The position numbers and the translations under genes are program-made. Below the pieces are notes generated by a model. It was not told the DNA's origin and ran no database searches. It saw nothing but the letters and a program-made list of their open reading frames with translations. Positions 1 to 8,069 of a DNA stretch of 52,217 nucleotides are shown in pieces; within the stretch, counting starts at the first letter, position 1; each line of letters begins with the position of its first letter. This stretch comes from a virus (taxonomy: Duplodnaviria; Caudoviricetes), in the IMG/VR virus record IMGVR_UViG_3300023179_000149, positions 1 to 52,217 of that record; one strand, given 5' to 3'.

Positions 1-449
1 CCTTCTGGTAATGCTGCAACATTAGGCATACCTGGTCCAGGTTGCATTCCTTTTACACCTGCAGTAACGGTACCGGCACCCTGTGTTCCAAGTTGTCCGA
101 TTGGGCCGGCAAGCGGGGCAAGCAAACTACCTGCGGCAAGCTGTGTGCCAATATTAGCTGCACCACCTAAAAAGCCTGGTGCCTTTGCTAGTAGCTCAGG
201 AGATACTCCCTTATCAACTAAAGTTTGTCCAATTCCTCCAGGGGCAAGTGGCATTGCTAGCTTCTGTCCCGCAAAACGAGTAACTGCACCACCAGCAAGG
301 CTACCTAAACCGCCCGTAGCACCACCTAGTAGGCCTCCAGTGGCTGCGCTTGTGAGTGTGCGTCCTAAGTCACCACCACTTCTTTGATAACCTTGAATAC
401 CGCCGAGAAGAGCACCGATTCCGGCGCTACCTAGCACTAGTGGCAACAT
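1..449 (-). CDS. Gly/Ala-rich glycine-zipper protein, putative virion/ejection protein (runs off the window edge)
   Basis: Not in the ORF track. Read manually from ATG at 449: MLPLVLGSAGIGALLGGIQGYQRSGGDLGRTLTSAATGGLLGGATGGLGSLAGGAVTRFAGQKL..., open to position 1. Confidence 0.8.
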   Translation of the reverse strand, partial: MLPLVLGSAGIGALLGGIQGYQRSGGDLGRTLTSAATGGLLGGATGGLGSLAGGAVTRFAGQKLAMPLAPGGIGQTLVDKGVSPELLAKAPGFLGGAANIGTQLAAGSLLAPLAGPIGQLGTQGAGTVTAGVKGMQPGPGMPNVAALPE

Positions 450-507
450 AATCTAAATCCTTTTGATTACTATTTTAAATTAGGTAATTTCTAAACTATT
501 AAGATTA

Positions 508-1059
508 TTATGCAAATAAGCTGTCTGCAACGTTACCAACTTTTCCGCCAATCTTTTCTCCTAGTACCGCACCACCAGGGCCGCCTAAAACAAAACCAAG
601 TCCCATACCAGCTAAAGAACCAATATTACCACCAACTCCTGGGCTACCTTGTTGTCCGGGTATAACAACAGGGCTGTGTGTTTGTGGGTAAACAACACCG
701 AGGTTGTTTAAGATTTGTCCAGAACCGCCTGTAGAAGGTTGCCCACCATAAACCCCTCTTGGCTCATTTAATTGATTACTGTAACGATTCTTGTTTTGTT
801 CTTTATTTAATAAATCCCATACCTCCCCAGCAAAACGTTTTTTAGGTTCCGCTACTCCAAATTTATTCCAATTTATAGGTTCTTGTTCGTAATCACTTGA
901 ATCATATTTTGGAACAATCCAACTATTCATTACGTCTTGATCTTGCGAACTCATGGAGCCGCCTGAATTTTTATAACTATCATAAAAAAACTTTGTTGGA
1001 TTTAAATTATTTTCAGTGTTAAAACTGCCACTTGTACCTAAATTAAAACCGTAAGCCAT
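508..1059 (-). CDS. Hypothetical protein with C-terminal glycine zipper, putative virion protein
   Basis: GSLAGMGLGFVLGGPGGAVLGEKIGG; tightly packed operon. Confidence 0.7.
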   Translation of the reverse strand: MAYGFNLGTSGSFNTENNLNPTKFFYDSYKNSGGSMSSQDQDVMNSWIVPKYDSSDYEQEPINWNKFGVAEPKKRFAGEVWDLLNKEQNKNRYSNQLNEPRGVYGGQPSTGGSGQILNNLGVVYPQTHSPVVIPGQQGSPGVGGNIGSLAGMGLGFVLGGPGGAVLGEKIGGKVGNVADSLFA

Positions 1060-1062
1060 GAT

Positions 1063-2187
1063 TTATTTTACGTAGGGAATAAGTTGTTGCCAACTCTGAG
1101 CTTGGGGCAGACCTAAAGCACTGCTTGCTTGTTCGAGAGAGCCGTGCCTTTGCTTTAAATATTCTACAGGATTATCTTTTTTAATTTTATTCTCTGCTGC
1201 TTTTTGAAGTACTTTTTTTGTTGCTGCTCCAACTGCAGCAGCAGTTCCTAAACCAATAGCTGCAATTCCGGCTGTTGTAAGAGAAGATGGCCCATATGTA
1301 CGTGCGGCTCCAGTTTCTACTTCTTTTGTAATTGGATTTGTTGTTGGTCCTGATCTAGATAAATCTATAGCAGAACGTGCATATTTTGTTTGAATTGGTA
1401 ATGCCGAATAAGCTGCAGAGGCGGCTCCAAGTCCAGCTACCGTACCAAGTACACCGCTTAAAGTAACGGGCATTCCTTTAATTCTAATTTCAGGATCATT
1501 CAACCCTTTTGCACTACCGCGGACTAATCCCCCAATAGTAGTAAAAGATTGACCTTCCGGATCAATTCCAATTAACTTACCTGGTTCTGGTTTTGAATGC
1601 TCATATCGACGATATTGAGTATATGTAGAAGGGGCTACATCTGGACGTTCTTTTTTAAATTCTTGATAAGGAAGTATTTGACTTGTTTGCCCTAAGCCAT
1701 ATCGTAAAGCTATTTCTAGTGGTATTGATTGTGGAGTTCTGCCTGTAGGATCTTTTTCTTTTGAGACAGGTGCAACAGCCTTATATCCTTTAGGACGCAT
1801 ACCTTGAGAAAGAGGTCCTGTGCGTCCGCTAAGTCCAAGTAGAACAGCGGGAGTACCTATTGTAAGCACCGCTCCTGTAACAGGGTCCATTCCAGCCGCA
1901 GATGAAATTGCTTTTCCAACTTCACCTGCCATCCTTGGAATATTTGTATATTTCCAAATCTCTTTGCGAGACTGGTCTGTAAGAACGTCACCGACTGCAG
2001 AAGCTACAAAAACTTCTGGTGATGTTCCTAATTTGGATACATTTTTTACTGCAGGACCTGCAGCAGACCCATATCCATATTTACTTTTATAAACAATATG
2101 ACGTAGTTCATCAGCGGCAGATTTTACAAATTGTTGAATATTTGCAAGACTGTTTGTTAAATAATTTTTATTAGGATCAAGATTCAT
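1063..2187 (-). CDS. Hypothetical protein with hydrophobic Ala/Gly helices, putative virion/membrane-interacting
   Basis: 374 aa; segments LSGVLGTVAGLGAASAAY and TAGIAAIGLGTAAAVGAA. Confidence 0.7.
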   Translation of the reverse strand: MNLDPNKNYLTNSLANIQQFVKSAADELRHIVYKSKYGYGSAAGPAVKNVSKLGTSPEVFVASAVGDVLTDQSRKEIWKYTNIPRMAGEVGKAISSAAGMDPVTGAVLTIGTPAVLLGLSGRTGPLSQGMRPKGYKAVAPVSKEKDPTGRTPQSIPLEIALRYGLGQTSQILPYQEFKKERPDVAPSTYTQYRRYEHSKPEPGKLIGIDPEGQSFTTIGGLVRGSAKGLNDPEIRIKGMPVTLSGVLGTVAGLGAASAAYSALPIQTKYARSAIDLSRSGPTTNPITKEVETGAARTYGPSSLTTAGIAAIGLGTAAAVGAATKKVLQKAAENKIKKDNPVEYLKQRHGSLEQASSALGLPQAQSWQQLIPYVK

Positions 2188-2191
2188 TACC

Positions 2192-2725
2192 TTAGTAAGA
2201 AACGTTAGGTGTCAAGATATTGTAAATAGTTTGTAAATCTGCACTTGGATTTCTGTGTACAATTTCAGCAGGCGCACGATAATTTTTAGCTAGTGCTAAA
2301 TTAATTTCATTGTTATATCTTTGTTGTTCTAACTCTGCATGCATTTGCTGCATCTGCATTAATTCGTGTGAATTAATTTGTTCTTGATTGTGTGCTTCAG
2401 GAATAATTGAATTTGTAATTGCGTGCGCTACTGGAGAAGCTACCAGCTGACTACCGGTTTGCGCTGCCCATTCTGGGACGCCGAGTGTCTGCATTCCTCC
2501 AGCTAAAGGAGCTGCTATTGCTGCGTGCACTCCAGTGTTAAGAAGTGATTGCGGAATATTATGTTGTGGACTTTTACCCATTAAACGTGGTACAACTTGT
2601 TGAGAAGCAGTATTAAGGGCGGTTTCAGCAAGGACGCGTTTTCCTATTCCTTTAATAGTATTTGGATCACTAAAAAAATTTTTTAATGCTGTACCAGCTA
2701 AACGTATTGGTTCTGAGTAATTCAT
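2192..2725 (-). CDS. Hypothetical Gln/Ala-rich protein
   Basis: 177-aa ORF with a 4-nt overlap to its neighbour. Confidence 0.7.
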   Translation of the reverse strand: MNYSEPIRLAGTALKNFFSDPNTIKGIGKRVLAETALNTASQQVVPRLMGKSPQHNIPQSLLNTGVHAAIAAPLAGGMQTLGVPEWAAQTGSQLVASPVAHAITNSIIPEAHNQEQINSHELMQMQQMHAELEQQRYNNEINLALAKNYRAPAEIVHRNPSADLQTIYNILTPNVSY

Positions 2726-3180
2726 GAGGTTGCAATTCCTCCTGTACCTGGAAATTTACCTGATACTACATTACTATCCCTCAAGCCTTCCATTGGCTTT
2801 TTAGTTCTAAATTGATCTACAGAAGAGGCGGTTATTGCGCGATCTTCTTCAATTAAACCTCTAGCAATTCCCGTTGAATACTTAGTTATAAAGTCGTTAG
2901 CTAATGTTTGATCATTAAGATTGGCAAAATAAGGAGTACCATCTGCTTCATCATATTTTTGTTGCGATAAATCTGCAGTTGCACCAGAAAAGATTCCTTG
3001 TGAATAAAAAGTTTTGCTATCGGGATTTAATTTATATCTAGAAATAAAATCATTTTTAAATGAATTTGGATCTGATGCAGATTTTGGGTTTGGACCTAAA
3101 ATTCCTACATCAGGAGATTTACCTGCTCGCCTAGCTTGATCTGCAGGGCCAGTGTAATCTTGACTATATGGGGCTTGCAT
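2722..3180 (-). CDS. Hypothetical protein (two NDFIxxY motifs)
   Basis: 152-aa ORF in the operon. Confidence 0.7.
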   Translation of the reverse strand: MQAPYSQDYTGPADQARRAGKSPDVGILGPNPKSASDPNSFKNDFISRYKLNPDSKTFYSQGIFSGATADLSQQKYDEADGTPYFANLNDQTLANDFITKYSTGIARGLIEEDRAITASSVDQFRTKKPMEGLRDSNVVSGKFPGTGGIATS

Positions 3181-3184
3181 TTTA

Positions 3185-3394
3185 CTATTTATTTTTAGAT
3201 TGTTTATGTTTACGTAATTTACTTAAAGTTTTTGCTAAGTTAGCTTGCTTGACCGTTGTTTTATCATATTCATCTGGATTTGCTGTTACTTTTGCGGCAA
3301 ATTCTTTAACAGACATACCGCGTTCTTCGGCTTTTTTTGTAAAAGCACCTGGATGCTTAATTGCGCCTTGAATCCAATTTTTATCTTTAGTCAT
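3185..3394 (-). CDS. Small basic phage protein (WIQGAIKHPGA...ANLAKTL type)
   Basis: Motif recurrent in uncultured phage proteins (recognised by eye); coupled to the upstream stop. Confidence 0.7.
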   Translation of the reverse strand: MTKDKNWIQGAIKHPGAFTKKAEERGMSVKEFAAKVTANPDEYDKTTVKQANLAKTLSKLRKHKQSKNK

Positions 3395-3846
3395 TATTGG
3401 AATGAAAGAAGTTTACGTGCGTAATCAAGTCCGGATGATTTAGAACTTAGTCCATTAACTACTTCAGTAATTTGTTTTGCTGCCAGTACTTGAGGTAATT
3501 CATATAAAGATTTAGAATACTGACGAACTTTGTCAGCGGCTTTCTGTGGTAACCAACGCTCGGCAATGATAATTGAAAGTTTTTTAACTTCTTTATCTGT
3601 TAATTCACCATCAGCAACTGCCTCTATTGCCAGCCCTATTGCTTTGTCAATATCTGATCCATACCACCTAGACAGGTTTTTATCTAGAATCGGATCGATA
3701 ACGTCGTATGCTTTTTTGATTATAGGGCCATACTTAAGAAGATAAGAAACGGTTTTAATTTTATTAAGTTTAGAAACTGCGTATGTAATGCCTGCGCCAA
3801 CTAGGATGAAACACCCTGGGATAAGAATTGGTTCTAGGAAAGTCAT
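3394..3846 (-). CDS. Hypothetical protein with N-terminal membrane anchor
   Basis: ILIPGCFILVGAGITYAV near the N-terminus. Confidence 0.7.
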   Translation of the reverse strand: MTFLEPILIPGCFILVGAGITYAVSKLNKIKTVSYLLKYGPIIKKAYDVIDPILDKNLSRWYGSDIDKAIGLAIEAVADGELTDKEVKKLSIIIAERWLPQKAADKVRQYSKSLYELPQVLAAKQITEVVNGLSSKSSGLDYARKLLSFQ

Positions 3847-3875
3847 GTTAAGACCCGATTTTTTCTTATTCTAGC

Positions 3876-6179
3876 TTAATATGGGTTTAGTTTAGTACCT
3901 AACCCAAGTCCTTTCATGACTTGAGAAACCGATTCAGCTGGTGGTCCCGGGATTGATACCGGGACTTGACTGGTGTCTGACCTAATAATACCTCTGGAAC
4001 GAGAACGTCCGGCAAGTTTCCCAAAGTTTTCAAGTCCTATTTGAGCTGTAGAGGTGTTCCTTGCAACACCCATCAAAGTATTTAATGCTCCTTGAGACAG
4101 GTATGGGTCACTGGCGGCAGTTAATTTAATACCGGATTGCTGTAAAACATCATTGAATTTTGCGGCCATCATTGGATATGCGGATTCACTTATACCTTTT
4201 GTATTTATAAACTTAGTAGCAGCATCAATAAATGCCGGATTTGTGTTTTCTATAACTTGACCAGAGTTTGTAATAACATCAGGATTGGGTAACTCAATAC
4301 CATGATGTACTGCATGTTGTTGTACAACGTCTGCAAAAACTTTATGTGCTTGTGCGCCAATGCGTTTTTTAAATTCGTTAGTGGTCATTGGTATTATCCC
4401 GTTTTCTGTTTTTAAATGTAATACTTGACTTGAGCTTTGTGGACTAAGTAAAGCATTAAACATTTGCACTTTTTGAGGACTTGTAGCAGATTTATATGTA
4501 GCTGCTGCTATTTCAGGATTTACGTCAGTTGTTTGTCCAGTAAAGCCTGCATACTCAATTCTTCCTTCAGCAAGAGCTTCTTTATCTAATGCGCTTACAT
4601 TACGCATAGTTCTACCACCAGCAGTTGAAATTACTGCATTAGGATCTGTTATTTCTTGGCTTACTCCAGGTACATAATCACCTTTGAGTGTTGCGCGGGA
4701 AGCGCTTTGACGGCCTTGTTTTGTTAAACCGGCTACGTTTTCTTCTGTAAACCGCTCAAGAAAATCTTTTGCAACAGCTCCTTTTATTTCACCTGTTCCT
4801 ACTTGCATAGTGCGTCCGGTTTGAATTTGACCAGGATCAAATGTTTGAGAACCGATTGCAAGATAATCTTTTGGTGTAAAAGCTTTCTGCATTGCAGATG
4901 ATAGCTCACCACCACGAAGAACGGCTTGTGCATTTTCTGGTGTAATACGTTCTCCGGTTTTAGCGTAAACTTCTGCTACAAGGTTTGCAGTTTCTATTTC
5001 TTCAGGAGAAGTTGTACGTACTGGACGTGGGCCACGTGCATACCATGGGTCAGAAACTTTTCCTTTTATTGTTTGCAGGGGAATATTAAAAGATTCTGTA
5101 GATTTACTAGCGGGTGTATATTCTCCGGTCCATGGGTCTGCGCTTTTTGTTAACCCAGATACAAATAGATCTACTTCATTTGTTAAAGATGGATTTAAAG
5201 ATGATGTCTGTTGTGATGTAGTTGCTGGCATTGTTTCCGGTAACTCAACACTTGATAAAGATCTGATTCGTTCTGATAAACTCTGTTGTTCAAGTCCCGG
5301 TAAATTTGGTAATGGAGGATCAGTAGTTTCTACGCCATACTTTATGTCAGAAAATGACATACCTGATTTTAATTTACGTGCAATATTTGCAAGACGTAAT
5401 GCTGCTTCTTTTCTTTGATTTAATGAAACAATGTCTTCTGTTTGACTCGGTGAAAATGTTTGGCTTGATGTAATTACTTCACTCTCTGTAACTGGTTTAA
5501 TATTTAAAAGTTCACGTTCTGTTGAACCAACAGGTGAATTTTTTGCAATTTGTATTTCTTGTGTAGCTACCGGAACATCAGCTTGGTTATAACGTTGTGC
5601 TGTTGTTGGAGGTGTTACATCACCAGAATTACGTATTACATCTGGATAAACGCCACGATCTACCCCTAATCCCCCTAAGAAATTAGAAACACGGTTATTA
5701 ATATTTTGAACGTTTTGTTTAACTGTTGTTGCAGCATTTTGAATTGTTTGCCTACCCTCTGGCGTAGCTGCTAGAGCAACTCCACCTGCAACAAGTCCGG
5801 CGCCAAGGGCTGCACGACCAATATTACGTACTAAATTGTATTGTTTAGATGTATCTTCCATGCGTTCTGCTTCTTGATTGGCAGTATGTTCTCCAGTAAG
5901 TGTTGAATCATAGGTGCCTACGATTTTAGAAACGTTATTATCTGGTGTAACGGGAGAACCAAATACACTATTTGCGTTTAAATATTGAGCAGAAACTGGT
6001 TGATTATATATAGCATTTGATCCAGGTTGTTCTAGAACCCTATTTATCCCTGATTTACCAAAATTACGCACAAAATTATGTACCTGGGGTGCTAAAGCCA
6101 TGCGTTCACTTACTGTTTCAGGGTAATTATTACCTGTAACCGATGCCCATAAGGCAAAATCTTGCGGTGATACGGGCAT
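3876..6179 (-). CDS. Large Ser/Thr/Gln-rich protein, putative internal virion protein
   Basis: 767 aa, low complexity, one hydrophobic segment AALGAGLVAGGVALAA. Confidence 0.7.
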   Translation of the reverse strand: MPVSPQDFALWASVTGNNYPETVSERMALAPQVHNFVRNFGKSGINRVLEQPGSNAIYNQPVSAQYLNANSVFGSPVTPDNNVSKIVGTYDSTLTGEHTANQEAERMEDTSKQYNLVRNIGRAALGAGLVAGGVALAATPEGRQTIQNAATTVKQNVQNINNRVSNFLGGLGVDRGVYPDVIRNSGDVTPPTTAQRYNQADVPVATQEIQIAKNSPVGSTERELLNIKPVTESEVITSSQTFSPSQTEDIVSLNQRKEAALRLANIARKLKSGMSFSDIKYGVETTDPPLPNLPGLEQQSLSERIRSLSSVELPETMPATTSQQTSSLNPSLTNEVDLFVSGLTKSADPWTGEYTPASKSTESFNIPLQTIKGKVSDPWYARGPRPVRTTSPEEIETANLVAEVYAKTGERITPENAQAVLRGGELSSAMQKAFTPKDYLAIGSQTFDPGQIQTGRTMQVGTGEIKGAVAKDFLERFTEENVAGLTKQGRQSASRATLKGDYVPGVSQEITDPNAVISTAGGRTMRNVSALDKEALAEGRIEYAGFTGQTTDVNPEIAAATYKSATSPQKVQMFNALLSPQSSSQVLHLKTENGIIPMTTNEFKKRIGAQAHKVFADVVQQHAVHHGIELPNPDVITNSGQVIENTNPAFIDAATKFINTKGISESAYPMMAAKFNDVLQQSGIKLTAASDPYLSQGALNTLMGVARNTSTAQIGLENFGKLAGRSRSRGIIRSDTSQVPVSIPGPPAESVSQVMKGLGLGTKLNPY

Positions 6180-6952
6180 TTTATGGAATTCTTCAATATT
6201 ATTTGATTTTAAACGCTATAAATATGCTTATAACCCTATTGGCGCCTAAAAAACGGTTATTTGGGGTAAAAATTTCGGCAGGTATCAAGCAACTACAGCG
6301 AGAGAAAGTGAGCTGAAACAAAAAAAGAAGGTTTAGGTAGGGTAGGTAGTGTGTATTAAATGTTTACTACGTTGTAATAAGTTGTAACTTGCTGCGTTTA
6401 ATGGTTTTATTAGTAAGATGTAGCAAAATCTGTGTTTACTTGCTGCGTTTAAATTATGTTTAACTTTATTACAAATAATATTTGATTGTAACGTACCTTT
6501 TTATTATATATACCATGTTATAATGTCGTTTCCTTAACTTATACTCTATATACCCTCATTATCCCTTATAATCCCTTGCGCCGCAGTCGCTCTCACCTAA
6601 CACGCCAGATAAAAAGTGGCGCGTTAAAAAATTTTCGGCAAGAGCTGTGGAATACTTAATTTAGATATTTTGTAAATATTTTGTTTTGTTGTTGATTTAT
6701 TGCTGTTCTATTGCTGTTCTATTGCTGTTCTATTGCTGTTCTATTGCTGTTTTTAAATGCAGTCGTTTGTTGCATAAGACTTGTATTTATTCGGGAATTT
6801 ATTTTTGTATTTAATACTACTTGGTAATAAGTAATTATTTCTAAGGGTATACCTCAAGTACAGCCTTAGAAACAGTTTTCTTAACTGCATCTAATTCTAA
6901 CAAGAATTAATCCTGCTGCGTTTTAATATTTTATTTATTTAGTGAATTAATT
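6180..6952. promoter_or_regulatory. Divergent AT-rich non-coding control region (candidate origin, terminus or promoter hub)
   Basis: About 770 bp without a credible ORF between divergent gene blocks. Extended -10 TGTTATAAT at 6516-6524; CTTGCTGCGTTTAA at 6388 and 6439; inverted repeat TTTCTAAGG/CCTTAGAAA at 6838-6872. Confidence 0.6.
6698..6752. repeat. Tandem repeat, 5 x TATTGCTGTTC (11 bp)
   Basis: Read directly; the last copy ends in T instead of C. Confidence 0.95.
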
Positions 6953-6978
6953 TTGTATTTAAGTCTGCTTCGTTTCGG

Positions 6979-7030
6979 CCAACTACAGCCTGGCCTTGGA
7001 TGCTGTTTATTCCTTTGCACCACAATTATG
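6979..7030 (+). promoter_or_regulatory. Conserved leader element A, copy 1
   Basis: CCAACTACAGCCTGGCCTTGGATGCTGTTTATTCCTTTGCACCACAATTATG, similar to 8017-8069. Confidence 0.75.
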
Positions 7031-7285
7031 TCCACCACTGCTGTATATAACATGCTCCAGGATTTAAGACTCCTGGCACGCAGAGATTCCAGTGAGCGCC
7101 GACCTTTAATTGATCGTGAGCTGGAACAATTTCGACTTGAATTTTTGGATGCTTTTGAAACTTTTCTAGATTTAGGTACAAACAACATGCAACCTTTTAT
7201 TGTAGTTGCTAACAAAATCATCTCTAATAATAAAGAGCTAATTAAATGGCTTAAGCATGAGCTTGAGCTAGAAGCTGATTGGTAA
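7028..7285 (+). CDS. Hypothetical early protein
   Basis: Start moved from TTG 6953 to ATG 7028, directly after the leader element. Confidence 0.7.
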   Translation: MSTTAVYNMLQDLRLLARRDSSERRPLIDRELEQFRLEFLDAFETFLDLGTNNMQPFIVVANKIISNNKELIKWLKHELELEADW

Positions 7286-7350
7286 TCAGACCAACTGGGA
7301 GGTTTAAGTCCTCCCTCAGCAATTGCCTCCAGCGGATATGGGCACCGCAC
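7274..7350 (+). ncRNA. Mini-tRNA-like three-way junction plus pseudoknot, copy 1
   Basis: P1 GCTGA/TCAGC; P2 TTGGT/ACCAA; T-arm GGGAGG-TTTAAGT-CCTCCC; then TGCCT/GGGCA and GCGG/CCGC. Confidence 0.7.
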
Positions 7351-7351
7351 T

Positions 7352-7642
7352 ATGGAAAGATTCATGATCAATTTAACTTCTGGTTGGGTACAACACCCAG
7401 GTGTTTCTGGTGGTTGGCATTTGGAATATGTTGATCCAGTTGCTGGATTTGACATCTCCATCGTAACCGGACCGAAAGGTTCTGGATTGATGGGTGTTAT
7501 AGCTCCAGGGCAACCAACGACCTATGAAGCCTGGTTACCAGGATTATCTAATCCTACGGGTTACTTAACCTTGGATGAAATACGTGGCATCATCATGTAT
7601 CTTCGCGAGAAACACCGTGATGACGCCATGTATGCAGACTGA
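7352..7642 (+). CDS. Hypothetical early protein
   Basis: 96-aa ORF flanked by the two RNA elements. Confidence 0.75.
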   Translation: MERFMINLTSGWVQHPGVSGGWHLEYVDPVAGFDISIVTGPKGSGLMGVIAPGQPTTYEAWLPGLSNPTGYLTLDEIRGIIMYLREKHRDDAMYAD

Positions 7643-7716
7643 TCCGTAAAAGCGGGTGACCAGGTGCAAACCCTGGTCCAGTTGTTGCCTAATCCGCAGG
7701 AGATGGGCACCTGCAC
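7637..7716 (+). ncRNA. Mini-tRNA-like three-way junction plus pseudoknot, copy 2
   Basis: P1 GACTG/CAGTT; P2 ATCCGT/GCGGGT; T-arm GACCAGG-TGCAAAC-CCTGGTC; then TGCCT/GGGCA and GCAGG/CCTGC. Confidence 0.7.
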
Positions 7717-7728
7717 TTCATTTACTCA

Positions 7729-7794
7729 ATGAAAGACTCACTAATTAATCCTGTCCTTGCTATCGAAGATAACCACCGCACAATTTCAAAATAA
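7729..7794 (+). CDS. 21-aa micro-ORF MKDSLINPVLAIEDNHRTISK
   Basis: First ATG after RNA element 2; the stop is 1 nt before the next ATG. Confidence 0.4.
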   Translation: MKDSLINPVLAIEDNHRTISK

Positions 7795-7795
7795 T

Positions 7796-7993
7796 ATGTT
7801 TTCCTGGTCTCCCGAATGCTTTCCAACTCATCGTGTTACCTGGTATAACAATCAGTCCACACAAGTTCATTTTGAAATCTTTCAAAGAAATGAGTGGCGC
7901 CAGGTGAATGTAATTAATTTAAAAGAGATTCCTACTGGCGTTAAAGAATTACAAACAGTACTTAGTGATTGTTATCAGGATTTTGTCTGCTAA
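7796..7993 (+). CDS. Hypothetical early protein
   Basis: ATG 7796 (MFSWSPECF) preferred to TTG 7757. Confidence 0.65.
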   Translation: MFSWSPECFPTHRVTWYNNQSTQVHFEIFQRNEWRQVNVINLKEIPTGVKELQTVLSDCYQDFVC

Positions 7994-8016
7994 CGATTAA
8001 AAGGTATCTGTTTATC

Positions 8017-8069
8017 CCAACTGCAGCCTGGGACAGGATGCTGCACTATCCCTTTGCACAACAACCATG
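8017..8069 (+). promoter_or_regulatory. Conserved leader element A, copy 2
   Basis: CCAACTGCAGCCTGGGACAGGATGCTGCACTATCCCTTTGCACAACAACCATG. Confidence 0.75.

Noticed and set aside
145-387. 80-aa Pro-rich plus-strand ORF
   Set aside because: Antisense shadow of the Gly-rich minus-strand gene (GGN codons read as Pro).
6698-6752. Possible CRISPR array
   Set aside because: Head-to-tail 11-mers without spacers; no cas operon (the Cas4-like nuclease is a stand-alone phage exonuclease).
6931-7461. 176-aa minus-strand ORF
   Set aside because: Antisense to two plus-strand genes and their leaders; Ser/Cys-rich shadow composition.
7274-7716. Genuine tRNA genes or known ribozymes (HDV/theta, hammerhead)
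   Set aside because: No anticodon arm, about 47 nt, no CCA; HDV nested P1.1/P3 and hammerhead CUGANGA/GAAA cores not found by eye.
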